Assembly (NCBI GenBank): GCA_028715115.1
Contig: JAQUSN010000001.1
Coordinates: forward strand, 3,314-67,313
DNA: 64,000 nt
Direction of reading: 5' to 3'
DNA from: Patescibacteria group bacterium
GTDB taxonomy: Bacteria > Patescibacteriota > Patescibacteriia > UBA2591 > UBA4787
Part shown: one piece after another, positions 38,528-47,553 of the stretch
Position numbering within the stretch: position 1 is the stretch's first letter
How the letters are laid out: every line of letters starts with the position of its first letter
The notes under the pieces: model-generated
Told to the model about the DNA's origin: nothing
Database searches by the model: none
What the model saw: the letters and a program-made list of their open reading frames with translations, nothing else
Position numbers and translations under genes: made by a program

Positions 38528-39256
38528 TTATAAGTTATCTTGAAATAATCCCGTTTTAAGTTGCATAATATATCTTTCCACAAGATCTATATTTTCCTTT
38601 GTCGCGATTATACTAGTGGGTGAGAACTTATAAATCTGGGATCTATTACTTAAAAGCTGGTTGAATAAATTTGACAGCTCTCTCGGTATGTTGTTATTTT
38701 TAGCTTCAATATTGACTAAAGATTGGGTGGCGCCGTGAGTTTTCGCACCTTTTATATTATTACCTTGTAGAGGATTTTTAAAAAGTGTAGCATGTAAAGC
38801 CTGTTCGAGAGCTTGAAATAAATTATATGCTTTAACCTTTTCGGTACTTACGGCCTTAGCGGACTTGATAAAATCTTCGGCTAATCTTATCTTTTCACAT
38901 GCATTTTTTTTGTTCGGGATAAAGTTAAAATAAATTGTCCAGTATTTGTTTATGGTGACCACAGCAATAAAACCAAAGTTGTCAAAAATTTCTTCAGGAA
39001 CCGATATATTCTTTATTTTATGTTTTGCTAGTTCTTGAGCGGTAATAGGAGCGCCGGGCACTAAAGGGCCACCCACCGAGGGATCAATAGTGATTTTAAG
39101 TTCGGTTTCTCCATTCAGGCGAATTTCTGTTTTTTCCGGTCTAAATATTATTAAAATTGCGTAAATAGGATCGGTAAAGTTGCGACGAGCAACTTCAGGC
39201 ATAATCCACAATTCATGGATTTGTCTGATTAAATTTTGAGTAGCGATAGTGTTCAT
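38528..39256 (-). CDS. Hypothetical protein with a possible C-terminal HEPN-like domain
   Basis: AEDFIKSA..AYNLFQALEQALHA..KTHG..NR.QIY helical pattern; lies downstream of tRNA-Trp. Confidence 0.5.
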   Translation of the reverse strand: MNTIATQNLIRQIHELWIMPEVARRNFTDPIYAILIIFRPEKTEIRLNGETELKITIDPSVGGPLVPGAPITAQELAKHKIKNISVPEEIFDNFGFIAVVTINKYWTIYFNFIPNKKNACEKIRLAEDFIKSAKAVSTEKVKAYNLFQALEQALHATLFKNPLQGNNIKGAKTHGATQSLVNIEAKNNNIPRELSNLFNQLLSNRSQIYKFSPTSIIATKENIDLVERYIMQLKTGLFQDNL

Positions 39257-39335
39257 GTCCTAATTAACTACTGCGCCATGGAAAAAAATAATATTTAAAA
39301 ATAAAGATTCGGGTCATGCCGATAAAAAATTTTAA

Positions 39336-39409
39336 TGGCGGGGGTGGCAGGAATCGGACCCGCATTATCGGTTTTGGAGACCGGTGTTCTACCACTGAAC
39401 TACACCCCC
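39336..39409 (-). tRNA. tRNA-Trp(CCA)
   Basis: GGGGGTG/CACCCCC acceptor stem, anticodon loop CTCCAAA, ends GCCA; T-loop TCCGATT. Confidence 0.9.
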
Positions 39410-39418
39410 GTATTTGAT

Positions 39419-39498
39419 GGTTTTGCCTACCTGCCGCAGGAGACTAGTGCTCTGCTTCACCCCACCTAAACAAGCCGGGCAAATTTAACTACGCCCCC
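39419..39498 (-). pseudogene. Broken tRNA-Trp 5' copy
   Basis: GGGGGCGTAGTT...GAGCACTAGTCTC^CAAAACC, with CTGCGGCAGGTAGG inserted in the anticodon. Confidence 0.6.
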
Positions 39499-39516
39499 AG
39501 GCTGGTAGTACACTGT

Positions 39517-39672
39517 TTATTTAGTTTCCTTGTGAACAATATGCTTTCGGCAAGAACGGCAATATTTTTTCAATTGCAAACGCTCTTTGACGTTTTTTTT
39601 ATTTTTCGTGGAAAAATAATTAAGCCGATGGCATCCCGTACATTCTAATTTTATCAAATTTTCTTGACTCAT
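39517..39672 (-). CDS. rpmG: 50S ribosomal protein bL33 (absent from ORF track)
   Basis: MSQENLIKLECTGCHRLNYFSTKNKKNVKERLQLKKYCRSCRKHIVHKETK. Confidence 0.95.
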   Translation of the reverse strand: MSQENLIKLECTGCHRLNYFSTKNKKNVKERLQLKKYCRSCRKHIVHKETK

Positions 39673-39805
39673 AGAAAAATGGTTATGTATTAATAATATT
39701 TTCTAAAACTAAACCGTCCCCCTTAATTAAAGTAAAGCTCCGGAAAAATCATCTCGAGATTACTCGCTCGACCACCTCTCTTGAATTTTAGGACAAGTAA
39801 TATTC

Positions 39806-40459
39806 TTATTCTTTCTCGGGGTTAAAAATTTCTTGCGAGCCAGCTTCTATTTGGTTGTCCGGAGGGAAAGATCGAGAAAATTCAATTTGCTTACCAAGAA
39901 TATTGGCGAGCCTTTGTTTCCCATCTTCTGTAAAACTGCCCGTAAACCCCACCTTCCCTTTGTCCGCCTCTATTCCACGCAGTTCACCGAGATCACCGAA
40001 TTCGTAAACCTCCTTTAGCTTTTCCTCGGGTATGCCCAAAAGGAGAAACAGCTTCTCTACTTGCATTGTTTTAATCTTACCGGGGCCACCTGATGGTATA
40101 TGCACGGAATTGTATTCTGGAAAAACAAAAGCTCTACAAGGAACGCCAACCTTGGCGCTAGCCCGAAGATCGTCTAGAAACTTCTGGTCTTTCGCTTCTT
40201 CTTTTGCAATCCACTCTTCAGCAGCTTCATAATCTCTTTTTGTCGGCTGAGCGTCTTTATTTAGCGAGCCAATCGTTTTGTAATCAAACACTTTTCCGCT
40301 TGCTTCAACCTCCATTCTAACTGCCGCGAACGATCTTGCTATGGTTTCTACCCTCTTTTCTCTCGGCACTTTATACCATGGTACTATATTGGGTTCAGGC
40401 CTTCTGACCGTGTTCTCTGGTGATGATACCGCCTCATGTTTTCTAAAAGGATTAAACAT
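39806..40459 (-). CDS. Hypothetical protein
   Basis: 217-aa ORF between rpmG and tRNA-Thr; no motif recognised. Confidence 0.65.
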   Translation of the reverse strand: MFNPFRKHEAVSSPENTVRRPEPNIVPWYKVPREKRVETIARSFAAVRMEVEASGKVFDYKTIGSLNKDAQPTKRDYEAAEEWIAKEEAKDQKFLDDLRASAKVGVPCRAFVFPEYNSVHIPSGGPGKIKTMQVEKLFLLLGIPEEKLKEVYEFGDLGELRGIEADKGKVGFTGSFTEDGKQRLANILGKQIEFSRSFPPDNQIEAGSQEIFNPEKE

Positions 40460-40544
40460 AGATTTAATAGTTTGATATTAATTTATAACTTCAACCTGGT
40501 CTATCTTATATTTCGACCTTTAAAATTAACATGCCCTTCCCATT

Positions 40545-40617
40545 AGCCGAGGGTCGGAATCGAACCGACAACCTATGGTTTACAAAACCATTGCTCTGCC
40601 TATTGAGCTACCTCGGC
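40545..40617 (-). tRNA. tRNA-Thr(TGT)
   Basis: GCCGAGG/CCTCGGC acceptor stem, ATGGT-TTTGTAA-ACCAT, TTCGATT T-loop. Confidence 0.93.
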
Positions 40618-40628
40618 ATAGTCAGCTC

Positions 40629-40753
40629 AGACTAAGGCGGACGGGCAGAGCCACTACCGCCCAGTTTTAAGAAAAACTGGAATAGGCTGTTGTCCCGACG
40701 TTTCAGTAGAAAAGTCGGGTCTCCGACCGAAAGCGTCGGAGAGCTAGGGCGGC
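40629..40753 (-). pseudogene. Broken tRNA-Thr-like 5' remnant with stacked palindromic insertions
   Basis: GCCGCCCTAGCTC followed by a TCCGACG..CGTCGGGA element, then CCTATTCCAGTTTTTCTTAAAACTGG, then GGTAG. Confidence 0.6.
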
Positions 40754-40831
40754 ATGCTCGCGGTTACAAATCGCGTAACTATTTTTTTCTAGCCAATTTT
40801 CTTGTTTCCTGAATTATACCCATATAAATTC

Positions 40832-40918
40832 TGGTGGGCGGGGCAGGATTTGCACCTGCGAAGGCCGGAGGCCAACAGATTTACAGTCTGCTGCATTTGA
40901 CTACTTTGCTACCCGCCC
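40832..40918 (-). tRNA. tRNA-Tyr(GTA)
   Basis: GGGCGGG/CCCGCCC acceptor stem, GCAGA-CTGTAAA-TCTGT, long variable arm, ends ACCA. Confidence 0.92.
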
Positions 40919-40931
40919 CAATTAACATCTA

Positions 40932-41004
40932 AGCCCGAGGTCGGATTTGAACCGACGACCTACTCCTTACCATGGAGTTGCTCTACCAGCTGAGCTACCC
41001 GGGC
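40932..41004 (-). tRNA. tRNA-Thr(GGT)
   Basis: GCCCGGG/CTCGGGC acceptor stem, ACTCC-ATGGTAA-GGAGT, TTCAAAT T-loop. Confidence 0.93.
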
Positions 41005-41256
41005 ATGTTGTAAATATTGTTTTAAAATTTTCTGCTTTAATTTGGCGCTATATAAACTTTTAAAGTATTTTTCTTGTTCCATCGCTTCAACTCGTGTATC
41101 AAATGATTCTTGATGAATAACAATAAACGGCCTTCTATTTTTTGTCGATATTACCTGCCCACTATTATGTTTTTTAACTCTCGCCACTAGGTCATCAGTT
41201 TGCCCAACATATAATTTTTTATCTTTCAGGCTATATAAGATATAAACAAAATACAT
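40960..41256 (-). CDS. Small GIY-YIG nuclease whose ORF reads into tRNA-Thr(GGT)
   Basis: YFVYIL...LYVGQT.DL..R...HNSG...T..RRP...E...A...E..FKS. Confidence 0.9.
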   Translation of the reverse strand: MYFVYILYSLKDKKLYVGQTDDLVARVKKHNSGQVISTKNRRPFIVIHQESFDTRVEAMEQEKYFKSLYSAKLKQKILKQYLQHARVAQLVEQLHGKE

Positions 41257-41266
41257 ATTTTGCTAC

Positions 41267-41358
41267 TTGCTTTACCCTAATTCGAGCTTATTAGATAAGC
41301 TCGAACGGGCCGTCCAGTTTTAAGAAAAACTGGAATAGGCCAGCTGAGCTACCCGGGC
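41267..41358 (-). pseudogene. Broken tRNA-Thr(GGT) 5' copy with a double-hairpin insertion in the D-loop
   Basis: GCCCGGGTAGCTCAGCTGG-[64 bp]-GTAAAGCAA; 41340-41360 is identical to 40986-41006. Confidence 0.75.
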
Positions 41359-41401
41359 ATAAAAACATGATTAAAAATTATAGCAGATATTCGTTAAAAA
41401 A

Positions 41402-41668
41402 TCAAGAGGTTTTCTTAGAAAAAACTTTCTTACAAAAAGCAGCAAATTTTGAACAACCGACTCTTGTATCCTTAAAAAATTTTTGCCACCAAGCTGCCCA
41501 CTCGCGCATAAACCTTTGCTGCATTAAATTCTTTTTAATTTCCGCTTGTAGTTCTGATCTGGTATCTAGCGGGATAGAGGCAACTAAAGGCAGTTTTTTG
41601 AAAATTATTGCCCAAATAATAATTAGCGCTCCAACTAAAATTATTAATAATAGAATATTGAAAATCAT
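41402..41668 (-). CDS. Small membrane-anchored hypothetical protein
   Basis: N-terminal TM helix; follows tpiA. Confidence 0.6.
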   Translation of the reverse strand: MIFNILLLIILVGALIIIWAIIFKKLPLVASIPLDTRSELQAEIKKNLMQQRFMREWAAWWQKFFKDTRVGCSKFAAFCKKVFSKKTS

Positions 41669-41678
41669 ATAATAATTA

Positions 41679-42461
41679 TTAAGAAATTATTCGGCACAAA
41701 CGAATGAATTCAGTGGGGTTCAGGCTGGCCGCTCCAACTAAAATTCCATCAATAGTGTCTTGTTCTAAAAACTTTTTAATGTTGTTGTGATTGATATTCC
41801 CACCGTAAACAAAATTGATATTATTGCGAACTATCGGCAAAGGATATAAATCAATCATCTTCTGCTTAATAACTCGATTAACGTATTCTGCTTCGTCGGC
41901 CAGAATGGTTTGCCCTGAACCGCTAACCCAAACCGGCTCATAGGCTAAAATTAATTTTTGGTGAACTTTTAATTTTACTCCATCCAACGCTTGGCCGACC
42001 TGCTCCATTATCTTATAATCACGAGCCCCGCTTTGTCTTTCGGTAAAGGTTTCGCCCACACAGACAATCGGTGTTAAGTCGTTATTAAGGGCGATTTTTA
42101 TTTTTTTATTAATCATTTCGCTCGTCTCTCCTAAATATTCCCGACGTTCAGAATGACCTACTAACACATACTGACAACCGATCTGTTTTAAAAATAACGG
42201 CGAAGTTTCACCGGTATACGATCCTCGTTCTTCCCAAAAACAATTTTGTGCGCCCAAAGCGATATTTAAACCGCCAATTTTGTTCTTTTTTATAATATTT
42301 TGCGCGCTAATTAAAGAAATAAGGTCGGGACAAAAAACTAAATCAAAATTTTTAATACTTTTGTTCTTTTTTAATTCTTTTAAAATATCGGCCAGTAAAA
42401 AATCCGTTTCCTTTGAAGAAATGTTCATCTTCCAATTCGCAATAATTATGGGTTGTTTCAT
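41679..42461 (-). CDS. tpiA: Triosephosphate isomerase
   Basis: ANWKMN, GAQN, GHSERR, AYEPVW. Confidence 0.93.
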   Translation of the reverse strand: MKQPIIIANWKMNISSKETDFLLADILKELKKNKSIKNFDLVFCPDLISLISAQNIIKKNKIGGLNIALGAQNCFWEERGSYTGETSPLFLKQIGCQYVLVGHSERREYLGETSEMINKKIKIALNNDLTPIVCVGETFTERQSGARDYKIMEQVGQALDGVKLKVHQKLILAYEPVWVSGSGQTILADEAEYVNRVIKQKMIDLYPLPIVRNNINFVYGGNINHNNIKKFLEQDTIDGILVGAASLNPTEFIRLCRIIS

Positions 42462-42471
42462 AATAAATTAA

Positions 42472-43371
42472 TTATTTATTCTCAGCCGCCCAAACAGTCA
42501 AACCCTTAACCTCCTGAGCTCTATCTTGCTCGCTATTGGCGCCCAATAAAATAACTATAAAATCATTTTTTTGATATTCAGTAATGCCGGCAAAACAATA
42601 GCCCGCTTCTTCGAGATAACCAGTCTTACCCAAATTAACCGTTAAAAAACTATTCAAAAGCTTATTAGTATTTTTAACCTGATATGATTTGGTCCCTCCG
42701 CTGAGCGTAGTTTTAAAACTATATATTTTATTAGCTAAAGCTTCGGTTATCTCTTTTTTATCTTTTACTTCCATAATCAATTTGGCTAAATCTTGCGCGC
42801 TGGATAAATTGCCGGAATTAAGACCGGTTGGTTCGATAAAAATAGTTTGTTTCATTCCTAATCCTCCGGCCTTCTGATTCATCTGCCCGACAAAATTATT
42901 ACCGCAGCAAAATGGCGTTTGGCGAACTATGGTTTTAATAACATTATTGGCTGATTTAACCAGGGCGGCAGTAAACAAATCCTTTAAATTTATTTTCTCT
43001 CCGTCACTAAAAGCAATTTGCGACGGTTCCAAAGATTTGCCTTTTTGCTCTGAATCAGTATTATCTTCTTTTTTGTATTCTATCTGTAACGACCAATCGG
43101 GATTAGTCCCTAAAAAAATATCGGCAGTCATCAGTTTAGTTAAACTGGCAATCGGCAAAGGTTGTTCGATATTCTTGGCAAATAAAACTTTATTGGAAGA
43201 TAAGTCGATAACCAAAGCGCTTTTAGCAGTCAAATCAATGCCCAAACTCACGGGCTTATCTTCTATTTTATCAAAGCTGATGACTTGATTGACGAGCGTC
43301 GGTTGCGGCAATTGAGTCGATAAGTTCAGGGTTAGTAAACTGGCTAAAAAAAATAACAACATAATTAACAA
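42472..43371 (-). CDS. D-alanyl-D-alanine carboxypeptidase/endopeptidase (S11)
   Basis: SLTK, SAN and KTG motifs. Confidence 0.9.
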   Translation of the reverse strand: MLIMLLFFLASLLTLNLSTQLPQPTLVNQVISFDKIEDKPVSLGIDLTAKSALVIDLSSNKVLFAKNIEQPLPIASLTKLMTADIFLGTNPDWSLQIEYKKEDNTDSEQKGKSLEPSQIAFSDGEKINLKDLFTAALVKSANNVIKTIVRQTPFCCGNNFVGQMNQKAGGLGMKQTIFIEPTGLNSGNLSSAQDLAKLIMEVKDKKEITEALANKIYSFKTTLSGGTKSYQVKNTNKLLNSFLTVNLGKTGYLEEAGYCFAGITEYQKNDFIVILLGANSEQDRAQEVKGLTVWAAENK

Positions 43372-44765
43372 ACAGATAAATGCTTTTCGAAATAAACTTT
43401 TAATTCGTCAGCTTTAATTAATTCCTGCTTCATACTATCTCTGTCGCGAATCGTGACCGTGCCTTTTTCTAAGGTATCGAAGTCAACGGTAACGCAATAC
43501 GGCGTGCCGATTTCATCTTGGCGGCGATAGCGCTTACCGATATTGCCATTGTCGTCGAACTCGCACATATATCGTTTTTTTAAATCTTCATAAATGGAGC
43601 GAGCTTTGGCTACTAATTCCGGCTTATTTTTCAGAAGCGGAAAAACAGCAATTCTAATCGGGGCTATCTTTTTATCAAATTTCAAAACTATGCGCGTTTC
43701 ATCTTTTACTTTTTCTTCATGATAAGCGGCATCAACAAACATTAAAAATAACCTAGTTAAGCCAACCGACGTTTCAACCACGTGTGGAATGAATTTTTCT
43801 TTTGTTTCTGAATCAAAATAGGTCAAATCAACTCCGGAAAACTCAGAATGCCTGGATAAGTCCCAATCGCCGCGAGCATGCACCCCCTCAACCTCTTTAA
43901 AGTCGCCTAGCGCCTTAAAATCATATTCAATATCACAGGCTTTAGAAGCATAATGCGCTAGTTTCTCATGCTCGTGCCAACGAATTTGTTTTTTGTCTAT
44001 ACCGTTTTCTAAATACCAATTCCAGCGAATTTCTCGCCACATTTCATAAGCTTTTTTTACGTCTTTGGGATTTAAAAAATATTGCATTTCCATTTGCTCA
44101 AATTCTCTGGTGCGGAAAATAAATTGCCGGGCCACTATTTCGTTGCGAAAAGCTTTGCCGACCTGGGCTATGCCAAATGGCAATTTAGGGTGTAGGGAAT
44201 CAAGCGTATTTTTATATTCCAAATAAATACCACCGCAAGTTTCTGGACGCAAATAAACGACATTCTCTTCGGTCAGCGCTTCAGTTGGCGAACCGAGGTT
44301 TGATTTAACCATTAAAGAAAATTGTTTGGCTTCGGTTAAATCCGTACTGCCGCAAACCGGACATTTTAATTTGCCCTTGGCTCTTAATTTGTTTATTTCT
44401 TTATTGATGAAGTCGAGCGACTCCTTGTCAGTCTTAACTCCCAGCGGTTCAAGTAAATCTTCGGCAGTGGTGCGATTCTTACATTTACGGCAATCAATCA
44501 TCGGATCGCTAAAGCTCGCCACATGCCCTGAGGCAACCCAGGTTTTTGGATGCATGAAAATAGCGCTATCTAGACCCAAGACATCGTCGCGCCGCTCAAC
44601 CATCGCCTTCCACCAGGAATCGCGAATATTATTTTTAAGCATTACACCATAATGACCGTAGTCGTAAATGGCCGACAATCCCCCATAAATTTCCGAAGAA
44701 GGAAAAACAAAACCGCGGCGTTTACAAAGCGAAACTATTTTGTCCATTATTTCCTGATTTGCCAT
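43365..44765 (-). CDS. glyQS: Glycine-tRNA ligase, alpha2 (archaeal/eukaryotic) type
   Basis: CKRRGF, LRPET, GKAFRNEI, FRTREFEQME, IGKRYRRQDEIGTP. Confidence 0.95.
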   Translation of the reverse strand: MANQEIMDKIVSLCKRRGFVFPSSEIYGGLSAIYDYGHYGVMLKNNIRDSWWKAMVERRDDVLGLDSAIFMHPKTWVASGHVASFSDPMIDCRKCKNRTTAEDLLEPLGVKTDKESLDFINKEINKLRAKGKLKCPVCGSTDLTEAKQFSLMVKSNLGSPTEALTEENVVYLRPETCGGIYLEYKNTLDSLHPKLPFGIAQVGKAFRNEIVARQFIFRTREFEQMEMQYFLNPKDVKKAYEMWREIRWNWYLENGIDKKQIRWHEHEKLAHYASKACDIEYDFKALGDFKEVEGVHARGDWDLSRHSEFSGVDLTYFDSETKEKFIPHVVETSVGLTRLFLMFVDAAYHEEKVKDETRIVLKFDKKIAPIRIAVFPLLKNKPELVAKARSIYEDLKKRYMCEFDDNGNIGKRYRRQDEIGTPYCVTVDFDTLEKGTVTIRDRDSMKQELIKADELKVYFEKHLSVC

Positions 44766-44810
44766 AGATAATATAAAAAATTAAATAATATAGTATTGCC
44801 AAGGGAGCGA

Positions 44811-44911
44811 CCTGCCCGCCTATTGCCTATCCAAGAGTTAATCTAAACAAGAATTAAAGAAACAATATTCTTTCTAGGTTTTAACTCCATGGGACGGCGT
44901 TGGCAGGCGGG
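44811..44911 (+). mobile_element. ~100-bp MITE-like element nested in further inverted repeats
   Basis: CCTGCCCGCC...GGCGTTGGCAGGCGGG inserted at GA^GC; flanked by TTGCCAA (44796) and TTGGCAA (44961), with TCCGCCAGCCGGCGGA nearby. Confidence 0.65.
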
Positions 44912-45059
44912 GCGATAAAGAAAAATTAATTTTTCTTTTCCGATCCGCCAGCCGGCGGAGTTGGCAACAATAGGATGTTATACATCCTATTATAATATAA
45001 ATAATAAAAAAGAAAAGCCAAAAACCTGGCTTAAAAGCGGTAAAGTATTGAGTTGGTTT

Positions 45060-45665
45060 TTAAATATCCTGGGCTCGTTTGATCACGATAATGCCCATGG
45101 CCTGAGCCAAAACCGACAATGATTTATCACGGGTTAATAAATATATTTTATCATTTTCCGTCCTTTTTAAGGATAAACAAGAAGCAATAATACGCAGGTC
45201 TGTCGTGCCGATTAAGTCGCGTAAAGCGGTGGCGTGTGGATCAGAAATCGGGGCTAAGTTTATTTTTTCTCGTTTTAAATTCCACTCTCGTTTATTTTTA
45301 CGGAAAATATTTCTTAACTGCTCGGCGGTGTTAGTGTCAAATTCGGCCAAAGTTTTGTTCTCGATTGATTGTAAAAGTCCGGAGCGAGACGAGCCGGCCA
45401 CGTGCCATTTCCTGTTTAATATCTTCTGCAAAATAATAATCTGGATAATGAAAAATATATTATAGTGCATATTTTCGTCCTCTTCTTTCTCCTTTTGCAA
45501 CCCCATACGCAGCACTTGTTCTAAAACGGCGCGAGGGATATAAATATTTTTCAAATATTTTAATCGTTCGCGATCCTGACCGCTCAATAAAACACAGGTG
45601 TCAACCACCACGTTTTTTTTCTTTCGGCTTAACCCCCAAAAATATAGTCGTATCTTTTTAAACAT
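45060..45665 (-). CDS. PIN-domain protein
   Basis: VVDTCVL, IYIPRAVL, DLRIIASC, LLTRDKSL. Confidence 0.8.
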   Translation of the reverse strand: MFKKIRLYFWGLSRKKKNVVVDTCVLLSGQDRERLKYLKNIYIPRAVLEQVLRMGLQKEKEEDENMHYNIFFIIQIIILQKILNRKWHVAGSSRSGLLQSIENKTLAEFDTNTAEQLRNIFRKNKREWNLKREKINLAPISDPHATALRDLIGTTDLRIIASCLSLKRTENDKIYLLTRDKSLSVLAQAMGIIVIKRAQDI

Positions 45666-45708
45666 GTAGATATTATAATCAAAATCAAATAAAAAGTCAA
45701 TTCTTCTG

Positions 45709-46836
<1,128 letters not shown>

Positions 46837-47547
46837 TTATCCTAAATGCCATTTAAAGAAGCGATTTATAACTACTTTGGCACGACGAAAATCAGCTTTT
46901 ATGAATTTACTTCGCTCTAATTGATCAAAACGACGATACAATAATTGACGCAAAACTTCGGCCACGGCCGGACTAATTGAGATGGCCGCGGCATGTTTTT
47001 TTACCAAACATTTTTCACACACCAAACCGCCATGAGACACATCAAAAAATATTTTTTCACCCGCCTTGGGCTGCCGATGGCAAAACAAGCATTTTTTTAT
47101 TTCCGGCTGATAACCCAATAAAGACAAAAACTTTAGTAAAAAGGCGTAAAAAAATATTTCTTTATCGATTAAGGTGCGCCGGTTCAGGCTTTCTAAAAAT
47201 TTTACTATTAAATCGAAAACTTGACGATTAATTTTTTCCGGTTTGATGATTTCATCCAGCGTTTTAAATAAGCGCGCCAAGAGCCAAGTCTTGTCGTAAC
47301 TAGATAAAATATTTTTGAAATACTTTTTTATTTCACCGCCGATTAAATGATAATGATTTCTGCCTGATTCAAGTGAAAGACTTAGTATAGCATAAAATCC
47401 GCTGGTCAGCGGAGCTAATTTGCTATTTGATTTTTGAGCGCTGCGAACCAAAATATCAACCTTACCGAGTTCACGGGTATAACAAGTAATTATCCGGTCG
47501 TGTTCTTTATGCACTCTCGACCGTAAAACTATGGCATTAAGAACCAT
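46837..47547 (-). CDS. recO: DNA repair protein RecO
   Basis: N-terminal OB fold (EHDRII..YT..LGK), GYQP..CxxC..GGLVCxxC. Confidence 0.9.
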   Translation of the reverse strand: MVLNAIVLRSRVHKEHDRIITCYTRELGKVDILVRSAQKSNSKLAPLTSGFYAILSLSLESGRNHYHLIGGEIKKYFKNILSSYDKTWLLARLFKTLDEIIKPEKINRQVFDLIVKFLESLNRRTLIDKEIFFYAFLLKFLSLLGYQPEIKKCLFCHRQPKAGEKIFFDVSHGGLVCEKCLVKKHAAAISISPAVAEVLRQLLYRRFDQLERSKFIKADFRRAKVVINRFFKWHLG

Positions 47548-47553
47548 ATTGAA

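Noticed and set aside
41005-41339. Group I intron with a homing endonuclease in tRNA-Thr
   Set aside because: There is no room or motif for a ribozyme core, and the downstream tRNA is already complete
44766-45000. T-box riboswitch upstream of glyQS
   Set aside because: No T-box motif (TGGnACCGCG) was found; the structure is explained by nested inverted-repeat elements
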